Shown here: piece by piece, positions 24,191 to 38,345 of the stretch
Layout of the letters: the number at the start of each line of letters is the position of its first letter
How positions within the stretch are numbered: the stretch's first letter is position 1
Origin: Lama guanicoe
Taxonomy: Eukaryota
NCBI GenBank assembly: GCA_013239625.1
Contig: MU053881.1
Coordinates: 5,479,957-5,543,956 of the forward strand
Direction of reading: 5' to 3'
Length of the DNA: 64,000 nt
The notes under the pieces: generated by a model
Told to the model about the DNA's origin: nothing
What the model saw: the letters and a program-made list of their open reading frames with translations, nothing else
Databases searched by the model: none
Position numbers and translations under genes: made by a program

Positions 24191-27100
24191 GTGACTGTTT
24201 TATCACTTGGAGAATGAAAAGTTTACTACTTAGCTTTAGTTATTTCATTTGTTTTCTGGGTGAAATTATAGTAATATAAACTATTGTAATATTGTAATGT
24301 ACAGCTCTTCCCTTAGTTGTACAACAGCCCGTTATCTTTAGAGACTTTTGTCATAATTATTAATCTGGGATAGATTCTTATTTGCCAGTTTGATAAAAGG
24401 AGAAGTGATCTAATTTGCTTGTTAAAGTCTCACCACTTATTTTATTTGTGTATTATTTGGTAATCCTTTGCAAACATAGTGGTGATTTGAATTGCTTTGC
24501 ATATGAAGAGGGTTAATTATTTTTAAAATCCACTGAGCCCAGTGGGATTATGTTAGGCTGTTCTTGAGCTGATTCTGTGCTTATATTAAATGCAGCAAAA
24601 ATCCAGGTTTCACGTGCAGCCTATAAAGTATTACATTAACAGGGAATAATGAAGACACCCTTTAAGAATTCTCTGAATTTAAGTGTTTGGGGTTTTTTTG
24701 AGCAGACATTTTGGGTGATGTTGGAGGAGGGCAAAGTCTGGGGACAGGTTGTAAGCTTTGAGGTCCTTTACTGTTTTCACTCTGGGAGTCAGAACTATTC
24801 GTCCTTTATTTTCTAAACCACATTCCTCCATATAAAAACTATAAAGAGTATTGTGTTTTGGGGTGGAAATTTACTCGTAATGCAAATATAACTTTATAAC
24901 GTGTAATTTTGTAACACACGCCTGATGTGAAATATTTAGCAATGCAAATATATTTTACACTTTTTGTCCTGTTTTTACTTAAGATCTTCCTTCCTGACTT
25001 TTGTTATTTACCCAACAGATATGTACTAAACATACCTGTGGGACATGCTTGAACTTGTATGTAAACATCTCAACAGAGTCTAGCACAGTGGCTCATAGGT
25101 AGTAGAGTCATAATAAATATTTGTTGAATATAGTCAAATAACTTATTGAAGTTATTAAAGTAATGGCTTTTCAGTTGTTTAAAGTTTATGGATATAATTA
25201 GTAAATATGTGAGGAGAACCATGATTGCAGTATGTTCTTTGTTGTAATTTTGGTTTTTAAAAAATGTTTACAGTTTCTTTATTCCTACAAGGACCTTTTG
25301 ACTTTGAGGAAGGCCAATATTAATATTGCCATTTTACAAGGGAGGAAACTGAGGCACAGAGAAGTTTTGATCTGATTAAGGAATAAAAAGAGTAGCCCAA
25401 ACTGCAAGCTCTGTCTTCTGTTTTCTAATTCAGTATTCTCTCCACAGATGGTGAGAGTTTTTAGTTGACTTTTCTTTCCCTGCAGCAGAAGTGTGTGTGA
25501 GTGTTTTCCTTCGTGGCAGTAAACACAGTTGAGTTGAAGTTAATGAAATGTGGTTCTTAAAGACTCTTGTGTTCACACTCCAAACCGGAGATGGAGGTAG
25601 TGAAAAAATGAGGGTGGTAGTTCCCTTTGATCTTAATCAACAAATTATATTGCATCTCACAAGATAGAAATTTTGAACTAAGATCTTAATTGTCTAACCG
25701 GATTAAATGGAAAAAAGTGATAGTGTTGCTCATCTTCTTTTGTGCCCCTTAACTGAGTTATCTATTTTTTCATCATTATCTCTGCCTCCTACCCCAGATT
25801 GCATGTTTTCAGCTTAAAATCCAGTTTTATTCAAGCTTGACTTGAATTTTGCAGTTGAACTTTGTGGGGAAACAAGTTTCCTTGAGGTCCTTAAAGTATA
25901 AGAAAAGAAGACTTTGTCTAATTTTGAGAAGGCTTGATCAATTTTTTTCTAGGCCTTTGCTCTTAAATCACCCTTAGCGGAGTATTAGAATCTCTGTCTG
26001 CCTCAAATCAGAAAGTGGTGATTGTCCTCAGGGGTGAGTTGAAGGAGGTTACATGAAAGACCACTCTGATTGGTAGGTATACCTAGCAGTTTAAGGATGG
26101 GGATTGGAACCCAGAAGTGTGAATAAGTGTCTGTACTTAAAATATCCACATATGGACATTTGGAACCACCTTCTGGTTTTAGAGCTGATACAAGGAACTG
26201 AGATATCTGTCACCTAAAGTGTCTTGTTCAGAAGTGGGGGAGGGGGGACCTATTTTGGTCCCATAATATAGTTTCATTATCAGAGCTTGTGCTTTTTCTG
26301 GGAGTCACCAGTAAGTTTCTGCCTTGGACCTCAGTTGCACTGGAAATAATAATTTTAACTTATTGGTGATTAAAAAGCTTTTGGGCCTTTGATCATTGTT
26401 GTGTTGCCAAAAATTAACACAGGGCCTGTTGAACAAACCCTTCTGTGAATTTGTTTTTATGTCCCTTGATTTGTGATGATTACATCATATCATGGATAAT
26501 TCTGTCTTCCTAAGTGACTCAGAGTAGTTTATATGCCCTTTAAATGCTCACAATTTTGAATTGAAAAATTGAGATGTATCACTACATATAACAAGACATA
26601 ATGAAAAAGGAGCTTGAGGAAACAATAAAATGATACCCGGTATTTCTGGATGACCATTGAATATGATGCTTAAGCTGTAACAAGAGCTCTGAGAATGGAG
26701 AAGATTGCTTATCTGTAATAAACTGTGATAAATACTCTTGGAAGCAAGAAGGAAACTATCTTTTTGCATTTGATCCATCATGGGGTAGAAAACAGGTCTT
26801 TGTGTGTGTTTATATTTTTTGTTTTCTATATACCGACACTAAATGTACTGACTGGTAATTACAATGTAACTGCATAAGGCAAGCAAATGCCTGAAAAACC
26901 TCAGATAATCTTTAACCCTTCTAAGAAGGGAATAATAAATTGGGACAACTTAACATTTCAGTGGTAAAAGTAATAACTATTTCAGTTTGGGACAAGAATG
27001 AATACTAAAAGTCTATGTGTACGAAAGTTTCACTATTTATCAGAGAAGGGGGAAAAAGTTTTCAGGTGAAACATTGAGGGAGATTAAAGGAAAATTAAGA

Positions 27101-27404
27101 TGTAGAATAAAATTCAGTTTCCATTGAGAAATAGTTCCGGTTTAATAATCAGAAGTATAAAGAACATTAGCAAGTTATTTTTATAGTATTTTATAGTAAA
27201 ATCTTAGAGGGAAATGCTATACAATTTTAAAATAGGAAAGATTGATTAATGGTATTTTTGCATTTACTCCTGATACAATCTAAAAACTACTTGTAACATT
27301 GCTAAGCTAAATCAATACCTAGTCAGAAGTTCAGCCTGGAGCACTTATAAGACGACTTCTGCCTTCTTCGTAAGAAGAGAGAATAATTAAAGCTTTTGAT
27401 TCCT

Positions 27405-27502
27405 GTACATACACAGTATGTATACAACATAAACACTATACATATACAACATACACATAGATGTAGAGACATACACTATACATATTATATATATTATATA
27501 TA
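27405..27502. repeat. Degenerate (TA/CA)n low-complexity tract
   Basis: Directly visible. Confidence 0.8.
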
Positions 27503-28869
27503 ATCTCTTGTATGAGAATTTGTGTAGGATGAAGTCTTCCTTAATAATTTACGGTCATATTGAAAGCTTTTTAAAGACAAAAATGTTTTAAATGTCAGAA
27601 AGCGTATTTAAGAAAAATGTATCCTGTGACCTAGCATGAACATATTGGTGTACATTCTTCCAGACTCAGAGTATATGTATGGCTGTCTGTGTAAAAGAGT
27701 GAGAGCAAAAATGGGTTCATATGTTTAGAGAGTTGTCACATGCTTTTTGAAGTCACAGCTATGGCTTCTGAAGTTTGACTTTACTGATGTTTTGGCTTTG
27801 GGATGTAATGGGAATGTCATTGTTAGCTTTTCATTTGGGGAGGGTTGTCAGTATTTTTGCTAAAATTGACCTGGCTGTTTCAAAAGTTAGGAATTAGTAA
27901 AGGCACCACAATGATGTGAGAGATGCTCGTCTCAGGACTTAATGTGAGGAAATGCAGTGTAAACTAGAGCAAAGGAATACCCTGCTATAATTGGGCAAGT
28001 TTCTCAAGGCTTTGTTGTGGACAGTTTGCAAGAATGTACTATTTCTTTCTGTTATAGACAGTACTTCCTTCTGAACAGTTCAGTTAAATAAGTTAAAAGT
28101 AAAGCTTGGGATTTTGTAATGGTGATAGCCATAGGTACAGTTTAAAAGGGTTAAATGGCATACAAGATACATCTCTTTTCTCATGAATCTAAGCCGTAGG
28201 CAATACAGTTTCTAGTAGTTTTCCTGTTACTTTGATTGTATGCATCAATTGTCACTTTCTTTATAACTGATAGAGAATTTGATGTTTGAGTCCCAGTTCT
28301 GCATTATGGATTTTGTGGCAAAATCTTGGACAAGCCAAAATATCATTATGTTCCATGGTTCTTTTGAATCTACTCTTCTATTCTTATCTGTTCTTAAAAG
28401 CTTTGACTGCACTTAGAAACCCATTCAGGGAGAAGGACTTGGCAAATGAACACAATTTCAAGTAAAGTGTGCTTACCCACATTTTTGCCAGGCTCTTATA
28501 AACATTAGAATTTCTTAAAAGCAAAGGAAACTTTTCAGATTGAAAAGGAAAACCTCTCGATTAAAGAACTGTATGGACTGCTAGTGTCTTTCTCAGGAAA
28601 CACTTAGTATTCATTTTGGCACTGGTCTCAGGCAGGCACCAACATGCTTTTGGTAATTGGTATATGCTGCCTGGGAAATAGTGTGTTGTTTGGGCACTTC
28701 AGATCGGTGACAACTTGCTATGCCATCTATGCGCTGGTTCACACCTTTGAAAACTCATGAAACTCCAAGGCCTTAGAGATGAATTGATCATGCATTTTCA
28801 CTTTGGGAGGGTAAGTGAAGGTCTGGGACCATGTTGAACATTTATTCTGGTAATTCTTAAAACCATGAG

Positions 28870-29262
28870 GCAGTTTAGTTTTAGTGGCTAAGAATATGAA
28901 CCTTGGAATGAGTTAGTCTAGGTTTGAATCCAAGCTGTACCATTTAGCTGTATGATCTTTAGGATATTTTTTATATTTATTCATTTAACAAACATTTAGG
29001 TATTTTTTTTTAATGTGCCAGGTACTGCTCTAATTGTGTAGAAATATAACCTCATTAAATCTTTGTAACAATGCTATGAAATAGATATTATTATTATCAT
29101 CTCCCTTATCTTCCTCCCCACCTAGTTACTTTTACCTTTTTAAGTTTGTTTCCTCATTTTAAGGTGGAGTTTACACTAGAGTTACTGAGAGGGTTGAGAG
29201 GGACATCATGGGGTACTCTGCACAGTGGCTGGACCACAGTGTGCATTCTCTGTTGACTATTG
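28870..29262. mobile_element. MIR SINEs, one nested in the other in opposite orientation
   Basis: tagtggctaagaatatg...ggtttgaatccaagct, then an inner MIR-like segment (tgtgccaggtactgctcta), then gtttcctcattttaaggtggag. Confidence 0.6.
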
Positions 29263-29559
29263 TTTATTCTGAGAAAAGCAGCACTTCTGGCAAACACTAC
29301 CTTCACTCATGATATGATAGAGTAGTAGGGGGTCACTCTCTGAAGGGTTTTCTAAATGCTTACAGGAACCTTCCTTTCTTTTACTGAAGAATTTTGAGTT
29401 GGTCAAGGAAAGTCCTGAAGGGTCTAATTGTGTCTAGACACAGTCAGCACCCTTAGGGTATTCTGGGCCAAGTGAAATCTAGGTTAATATCATGGTTGTC
29501 CTACCAAATCCAAATCTGTAACTGAGGGATTATCAAAGGGTCACGGGTGGTGATGGTTG

Positions 29560-30840
29560 TTTTGTTTGTTTTTTAAGTCAGAGTTACAGAAAAGTTGCAA
29601 AAACAGTGCAAGTAAGTCCTGATACCCTTTATCAGGATTTCCCCAAAGGTTACATTTAATCACATCTGCTCTATCATACTTTATGTTTACATACATGGGT
29701 TTAAATACTTATATTTTCTTGAGCCATTTGATTAAGTTGCACACAGTAAACCCTTTTACCCCTAAATACTTTAGTGTGTATTTTCTAAGAACAAGGATAT
29801 TCTCTTGTGTAACCACAGTACAGTAATCAAAATCAAGAAATGAACATAAATATAATGCTATATTTACTCTACAGACTTTATTCAGGTTTCACCATTGTCT
29901 TCATTAATATTTAAAGAAAATCTTCCAGGATCATGCATTGTGTTTAGTTGTCATATCTCTTTAGTCTGGTTTAATCTGGAACAATTTTGGAGACTTAAGT
30001 CTTTCATGACCTTGGCACTTTGAAATAAATGCCAATTATTTTGCAGAGTGTTCATCAGCTGGAATTTGTTTGATGTTTCCTCATGCTTGGATTCCTCCAT
30101 GATTATGCAGTCTGGGCAGGAATACCATGGAAGTGAGATTGTGTCCTTAGTGCATCTTGTCAGGAGTCATATGATACCTGTTTTTCCCTTTATTGGTGAT
30201 GTTAACTTTAATCACTTATGGTGCCAGCCAAGTTTCTTCCCTGCAAAGTTACTATTTTTCGCTCTGCAAATACTAAGTATCTAGTAGGAAGTTGATTCTA
30301 AGTAAATATTTTGTTTCTTATCAAACAGGCACTAGTTTTAACATCCATTGGTAATTCTTGCCTGAAATAATTATAGTGGTTGTTAAATGGTGGTTTTTCT
30401 AATTTTACTGTTTATTTTATATTTATTAATCTGCATTTTAAGGTGAAAAAGAGCTCTCTCATCTTCCCTGTTTGTTTACTTATTTATATTAGTATGGACT
30501 CATGGTTTTCTATTTTATTCCATGGGGTATAATCTGTTACTGTTGTTACTTATTTTGATGCTCATATTGTACCAGATTGGCCAGTGGGAGCTCCTCCAAG
30601 TTGGCCTCTGTGTTCTTTTGACATGACTTCATTATTTTTTGAACACTTCTTTGTTTTCTGGCATAACAAAATGTCCTAGGCTCATCTTGTATTTTACCCG
30701 TGGGATCCCTGGAATCAGCCAGGGACCCCTGGTTCCTTTTAGTGGAGAATGATATTTAGAAGCCAAAATCTATACTCCAGGTATGTTAGGTGCTGTTGGA
30801 GTGTCGCTGCCTCTAGGTCCTTTCAGTGGAAAGAACTAGG
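29560..30840 (-). mobile_element. Old L1 (L1MC/ME-like) 3' region
   Basis: ttacagaaaagttgcaaaaacag; ccctggaatcagcc..gggacccctggttccttttagtggagaatgatatttagaagccaa. Confidence 0.75.
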
Positions 30841-31899
30841 ATATGTATACTTCTCCCCTCTGAGAATACACATAAAATAGTTTGGAATTGCTAATTCATT
30901 GTGAAAAACAAAACTGATTAGAGTTCAATATTTGTTTACAATTATTTATGTCTGTAGCCTAAGAGTAAAATTATTAACATCACTGTGTTTAAATACTGGT
31001 TTAGGTACAGACCTTCTTGGTATAGTTTGTTAAGCATTTGAAATACAGTTAAATTATTTCTAGTTGTGTCCCTTTTTTTTTAAATTGAAGTATAATTGAT
31101 TTACAATGTTGTGTTTGTTTCCAATTGTGTTCCATTTTTAGTCCCCCCTACTCCTTGTTGATTTTGTTTCCTTAAGTATGTGTAATATTAACATAGTTCT
31201 AAAAGTTAGAACTAAGTAAAAAAGTATACTCAAAAGAGTGACCTTTATTCATTTCTATCTCTTACGCATCCTTCCATTATTTCCATTCCATTTCCACCCA
31301 CCCTCTGTAAGTAACCAGTACCATTGGTTTCTGATTTATCCTTCTGTTTTATTTGTACAAATGTATCAACATACTTATCTGCTTTTCTTCCTTCCTTTTT
31401 TTTATTGTAGGACTTATTTTGAATAGTGAAAATCTGGTTTCCAACAGAGATGTTTTAGTGTATTTTCTTTCAGTGTATTTTTTGGCCTTACAATGCCTCA
31501 ACCTGTACCTTCTCAGAATATGTCTGTATAAATACACGGTGATTATACATAATTTGTTTTAGATGTGGTATTTGTTATATAGTCTCATTACTTTATACCA
31601 TCATGCACAGTGATAACCATGCTCTAATATTTTGAATGTCTCATAGAAGTCCTTGTTGGAAATGAGGCTAGTTTCTTTCCATTGTATATAGTGCAGATAT
31701 TTAATGATCATCATCATTGCAGATAATTAAATAATATTTTTGTATATTCTCTGTGTAGTTCCAACACGTCAGAACTAAAAAGTTTTGAGATCCCAAAGGA
31801 TAGTAACTGGTTGTTTTGTTTTGTTTCGTTTTTCCTTGATTGTAGAGAGAATCACACCAATACTTAGAAGATCTGTCTGTCTCTGTCTGTCTCTCTCAA

Positions 31900-34800
31900 C
31901 AAGAATGAGAGTTTCTTAGCTTGTCTTCTTGATCTTGAGGGGAAAACTTTCAGTGTGTTTCTTCATTGAGTATGATATTAGCTGTGAGTTCATAAAGACC
32001 CTGTATCACGTCACAGAAGTTCCTGTCTATTCCTAGCTTTATGAGTGCTTTATCAGGAAAGAGTGTTCGGTTTTGTTAGGTGATTTTTCTGCAGTCATGG
32101 AGGTGATCATGTGGGTTTTCCCTTTGTTTTATTAATACAGAATATTACATTGATTTTCTTATACTGAATCAGTGTTGCATTCCTGGGATAAATCCCATTC
32201 GGTCATGGTGCATAATTTTTTAAATATGCTGTTGGATTCAGTTTGCAAATATTATGTTGAGGGTTTTTGCATCTATCTTCTTAAAGGATATTGATCAATA
32301 GTTTTTTTGTATTGTATTTGTCTGGCTTTGGTTAGGAAATGCTGGCTTCATAGAATGAGTTAGAAAGTGTTCCCTCCTCTCCTGTTTTTTGGAAGCATTT
32401 GAGGATTTGGTGTTATTTCTTCTTTAAATGTTTGATAAAATGCACCAGTGAAGCCATCTGGTCCTGGGCTTTTCTTTGTTGGGAGGATTTTGATTATTGA
32501 TTCAGTTTTTTTCACTTGTTTTAAGTCTGTTGAGATTTTCTGTTTCTTAAGTCAGTTTTGGTAATTTTGTGTTTCTAGGAATTTGTCCATTTCATCTAGG
32601 TTATTTAATTTGTTAGTGTTCAACATTTCACAGCATTCTAGTATTCTCTTATAATCCATTTTATTTCTTTTTCTTTTTTTAGTTTTAGTTTCAATCCATT
32701 TTATTTCTGTAAGGCCAGTAGTAATAATTTGCACTTTCATTTCTGATTTTAATTATTTGCACCGTCTCTCTTCTGTGTTGATATACTGTCTATTCTATCC
32801 ATTATTGAAAATAGAGTACTGATGTTTCTAACTATAATTGTAGAACTATTTCTTCCTTTAGTTCTGTCAATATTTCCTTCATATATTCTGGAGCTCTGTT
32901 GTTAGGTGCATATATGTGTGTAATTGTTGTATAATTGTTATGTCTTCCTGATGAATTGACCCATTTATTATAAATATCCTTTGTCACTAGTAAAAACAAA
33001 TTTTTTTGTCTTAAAATCTGTTTCATCTGATATAAATATAGCCACACCATTTTTTAATGACTGCTTGCAATGTGTATCTTTTTCTATCCATTTGCTTTCA
33101 ACGTAAATGTATTTTTCAGTCTTTTAAGTCTCTCTCGTAGACATCGTGTAGTTGGATTGTGGTTTTTTGGTCCATTCTGCAAACCTCAACATTTTGATTG
33201 GATTACCTGATATTTATATCTCATATAATTACTGGTAAGGATTTATACCTCCATTTTGCTGTATTTTTCTGTATATCTTTTTTCTTGCATTCCTCCATTA
33301 GTACCTTCTTTTGTGTTAAGTAGGTATTTTAAGTAGATATTTTATAGTGTATCATTTTCATTCCGTTTTCATTTTTTGAGTCATTTTCCTAGCAGTTGCT
33401 CCGGGGATTATAATTAATATTTTAATTTATAGCAGTCTAGTTCTGATTGAAACCAACCTCATTTTAGTAGCATTTAAAAACTGATGCAGCTCCATCCCCT
33501 CCCTCCTCCTGTGGGCGGTTACTGATATACCAATTATATTTTTAAATACTATATGCTCATCAACACAAATTTTTAATTTTTTAATATAATTGTCTTTAAG
33601 ATCAAATAGGAAACAGAGATTTACAAGTGAAAAATACTGTATGCTGTCTTTTATATTGATCTATGTGATGTTATTGATGGTCTTTATTTCTTCCTGTTGT
33701 ATTCAAGTTCGTATCTAGTATCCTTTATTTCAGCCTAAAGACTCCCAATAGTATTTTTTCAGAGCTGGTCTGCTGCCAGCAAATCCCTGTAGTTTTTGTT
33801 TATCTGGGGATGTTTTGCTTTCTCTTTAATTTTCAAAGGATACTTTTTTGTAGCTATAGAATTCTTGATTGACACACTCTTCCTTTCATTGCTTTGAATA
33901 TGTCATCCCACTGCCTTCTGTTTTCCATAGCTTCTGATGAGAAATCGCTGTTTTAACTTTTTGAGGATGCCTTGTATGTGATGAGTTGCCTCTTGTATTT
34001 TCAAGATTCTTTATCTTTTAATTCTTGACAACTTAGTTATGATGTGTCTAGGTGGTGATCTCTGAGTTTGTTCAGCTTCTTTCATGTGTAGATTGATGTT
34101 TTTCATCAAATAAGAGTTTTCAGCCATTATTTCTTCCAATATTATTTCTACCCCTTTCTCTCCGTTCTTCTAGGACTCCCATTATATGTATATCGGTAAT
34201 CTTGATAGTGCCCCATTGTCAAGATTTCTTGAGGCTATGTTCATTTTCTTTATTTGTTTTTTCTTTTATGCTCCTCAGAGTAGATCATCTTAGTTGACCT
34301 GGCTTTACATTCACTGATTCTCTTTCTCCTGCTGCTCAATTATGCTATTGAGCCTTTCTAGTTATTGTTTTCTTTCATTTGTTACTGTACTTTTCAACTC
34401 CGTAATTTAAAAAATAATTTATCTTCATTGAGACTTAATTCTCATTGTTTTAGTTCTTTACACATGATTTTGTTTAGTTCTCTGAACATATTTTAAATAG
34501 CTAATTAAAAATTTTTGCTTGGTAAGTCCAGTGTCAGGGCTTCCTCGGTGCTAGTTTCTATTATGTGCAAATGTTCACTGCTCGTGCAGTGAAAAATTGT
34601 TTCTGACAATGCCCGCAGGAAAAGGCTATTTGTAATGGGTTATCTCTTAAGTTAGGTCAAATAAGGACAAGCCTTATGAGTAGTATTTTCCAAAGAACTT
34701 TCAGATAGGCCAAAAAATGACAGTTTTCTGCAGATGGGGCTTTTAAAGAGTTTAAAGGTTTAGCTCTTTAAAGACCAACCCTGTTTTGGCCCCTCCTGTG

Positions 34801-35640
34801 GCTGCTGGGCTGGTGGCTTTCGTTGTGATTGCTGTCTGTTGGTTTTCAAGGCTACCCTGGAGCTGTGGAGAGGAAGATGGGTTTAGATCATGCGAAAACA
34901 CCACATGCAGTTTTTTTTTTAACCAAAATTCAGCTATTTATTTTTGAATAAGAAGTAATAAATGCCCCCTGAATTGTTGCAAGTCTTTGATTAATTTCTA
35001 AAGTACTAAATAAGTTTATTTTGACAGTTTTTGCCAGTGTTCTTTCTCATTACATTTATGGAGGAGAACTTTGAAAGTCCTTACTCTACCTTCCCAATGA
35101 TATTGCTCAATTTTTTAAGGAGATATGAATGATTTTAAATGTCTTTTATATTTATCCATGTAGTTATCCATTTCTGGTGCTCCCTGTTCCTTATGTAGAT
35201 TCAGATTTCCATCTGTTATCATTTTGTTTCTGCCCAAAGGACTTTTAATATTTCCTGTGGTGCAGATGATGAATTCTTTCAACCTTATATGACTGGTAAG
35301 GTGTTTATGTCATCTCTGCATGTATGTTTATGAGGCATATTTGTCGATAGTTTTCTTATATTTGATTTTGTTATCAGTGCACTTGCACCTTAAAAATTGA
35401 GTTGGGTAGTGTTCCCTTCTGTTTTGTTTTCCAAAAATGATTGTGGGTAATTAATATCATCTCTTCCTTATATTTTGGTATAATTCAATAATGAAACCGT
35501 CTGGACCTGAAGTTTTCTTTGTTGGGGAGTTTTTAAAGATGAATACACTATCTTTCGTATATACACTGGTATATACAGAACTAATTGAATTATCCTTTTC
35601 CTCGTGAGTGGATATTCCTTTGATACACAGTTAGAGTAAT
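31900..35640 (-). mobile_element. Large decayed L1 including ORF2 endonuclease and ORF1 regions
   Basis: Minus-strand peptides HIYAPNNRAPEYMKEILTELKEEI (L1 endonuclease) and NKLNNLDEMDKFLET (ORF2), with many stops and frameshifts. Confidence 0.85.
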
Positions 35641-35899
35641 TTATTTTTGCATTCAGTTTTGGGTTTGCTTCTTCCTTATTTGATTTTGTTTTGAACATGT
35701 AAAACATTTAAAAATTTTCAAAAGTCAAATCTATATAAATAGCTATACTCAGAAGTCTTGCTCCCATCTCTGTCCCTTCTATCCCATGGCCCTTAACCAT
35801 TTTCCTTAGTTTCTGGCTTAATCCTTTCAGTGTGTGTACTTTTTTGGTTTGTTTTTAAAATATATATATATTTCCTAAACAAAATGTACCACTATATAT

Positions 35900-38345
35900 G
35901 TACTATTCTGTATCTTGCTTTTATTTTACTTTTAAATTCTGGGAATCTCTCCACTTTAGTTAATAGGGCTTTTCCTTATTCCTTACAGTTGCCTTGTACT
36001 TCATTGTATGGATGTACCATAGTATCTTCTTTAGATTATTTCTAATACAAATAAGCCTATGGGAAGTAACCTTTTATGTTTCATATTTACGGAAGTGTAT
36101 GTTGAAAGTAGAATCCTGAAACAGGGGTTGCTGAATCAATGGGTGAAGGAATAAGTGATTTTGTTAGGTACTGCCAGATTCCTTCTCCATCCAAGAATCT
36201 TTTAGGTAGTAATTCTATGGATCATAGGCTCCTACCACGGATGTAGGAGAGTCTCTATGTCTCCACAAGTCAGTAGCATACTGTTTTGTCAAATTCCTGG
36301 ATTATTGCCTAAGAGCCAAAGAGATAATTCTAGTGTAGTTTTCACTTTTCTGTCTCTTATCACTGAGGTTAGAAGTTCCATAAGTCATTTCATTTTTTTT
36401 TCCCTTTGAACTGTATGTTCATGTCTGTTGCTCATTTTTCTGTCGTAGAGTTTTTGCGTTTTTTAATTTGTTCCTAAAAATTTTTAATATGAGGGAAATA
36501 GCCCCTTGTGATACAAAACTGAAAATATTTTCTCAAGGACTGTCATTTGCATTTTGACTCTTCTTATCCCCCATACAAAAATTTATATAAGGTTATCAAT
36601 CTTTTTTCATTGTTTCTGGAAAAGCATTCACTTTTCCTAGGTCATAGAGAAACTTGTCTTTATTTTTATTCTAGTACTTGTAGTATTTTAATTTTTACAA
36701 ACCTTTTGAACACTGGAATTTGACACAACATTGTAAAATGATTATAAATCAATAAAAAATGTTAAAACAATTTTTTTACAAACCTTAGATTCATGTAGAG
36801 TTTATTCTGGTGTGCAGTTTAAAGTATTGGCCCAATTTTATCTTTTTCTAAATAGCTATCCAGTTCCAGTGCTGTTTATTAAAATACCCATTTTTATCTC
36901 CCAGTGGTTTAAGATAAAAACCTTTATCATATACTGAATATCCATTGCATATATAAATTTTTTCGTGAACTTTATTCTGTTCCACTGGCCTGAATATTTT
37001 TGTGCTTTACACGCTTTTAATTGTAACAACTTTATTATATGCTTTAATATTTGTAAGACTTAACTCCCTTGTTGTGTGTTTTTTTTTTTTTAGGGTTCTC
37101 TTAACTGTTCCTCCTTATTTATTTTTCCATATGTATTTTAGAATCAATTAATCTAGCTTCAGAAAAAGTTTTTCACTCACTTTCACTGTTGGTGAGAATA
37201 TAAACTGATGCAGCCACTGTGGAAAACAGTATAGGAGTTTCTCAAAAAACTAAAAACAGAACTACCATATGACACAGCAATTCCATTCCTGGATATGTAT
37301 CTGAAAAAAATGAAAACACCAATTCAAAAAGATACATGCACCCCAGTGTTCATAACAGCATTGTTTATAATAGCCAAGATAAGAAAGCAGCCTAAGTGTC
37401 TATCAACAGATGAATGAATAAAGATGTGGTATATATGTACAGTGGGATACTACTCAGCCATAAAAAGAATGGAATTTTGCCATTTGCAACAACATGGATG
37501 GACTTGGAGGTTATGCTAAGTGAAATAAGTCAGACAAATACTGTAAATCACTTATATGGAATCTATAAAATAAAATGAACTAGTGAATATAACAAAAAAG
37601 AAACAGACTCACAGATACAGAGAACAAACTAGTAGTTTACCTATGGGAGGGGGGACAACATAGGGGTAGAGAATTAAGAAGTCCAAACTATTGTGTATAT
37701 AGTAAATAAGCTACAAGCGTGTATTGTACAACACAGGGAACATAACTAATATTTTATAACTATAAATAATAACCTTTAAAAATTGTGAATCATTATGTTG
37801 TATCCTTGTAACTTTTATAATATTGTGCATCAACTACACCTCCAATAAAAATTTTTTAAAATTCCAGTTAAAAAATTACTTTCACCGGAGTCATGTTAAA
37901 TATAGATACTAACTTTGGAAGAATTGATATCTTTATAATGTTGAAGTCCAAGTACAAGAGACGTCTTCATTTTGTTCAAGTCTACTTTTGCATCTTTCAG
38001 GAGTTTAGAAAAACTTTTCTAGGGTGTTGCATTCCAAATATTATCTTTTATATTTCCTTTATAAACAGGACCTTTTCATCCATTGCCTCTTACAGCCAGA
38101 TACTTTATGTATATGAGAAGGCCTACATTTTATATCCCTGCTACTATATTGATTTCTCCTATTTCATTTTAAAATTGATTTTCTTGTATTTTTCAGTCAT
38201 ACCATCATATCATCTGCAATTAGAGATGGTTTTCTTCCTTTCTGGTTCTTAGAGTTCTGTTTTGTTTTGTCTGATTGTGCTGCCTAGCATCTGAAATAGA
38301 ATGTTAAATAGTAATGGAAATAGTGGGTGTCCTCGGCTTGTGTGT
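35900..38345 (-). mobile_element. Decayed old L1 fragments hosting younger insertions
   Basis: ORF2 antisense motifs (tttggaagaattgatatctttataatgttga; atgttaaatagtaatggaaatagtggg). Confidence 0.65.
37184..37880 (+). mobile_element. Younger 5'-truncated L1 (about 0.7 kb)
   Basis: Well-preserved ORF2 end and 3'UTR (cagccactgtggaaaacagtat; gcaacaacatggatggacttggagg), AATAAA, A-rich tail, flanking repeat actttcac. Confidence 0.9.

Noticed and set aside
34742..34772. Short hairpin tttaaagag...ctctttaaa
   Set aside because: AT-rich 9-bp stem inside a decayed L1 region, expected by chance.
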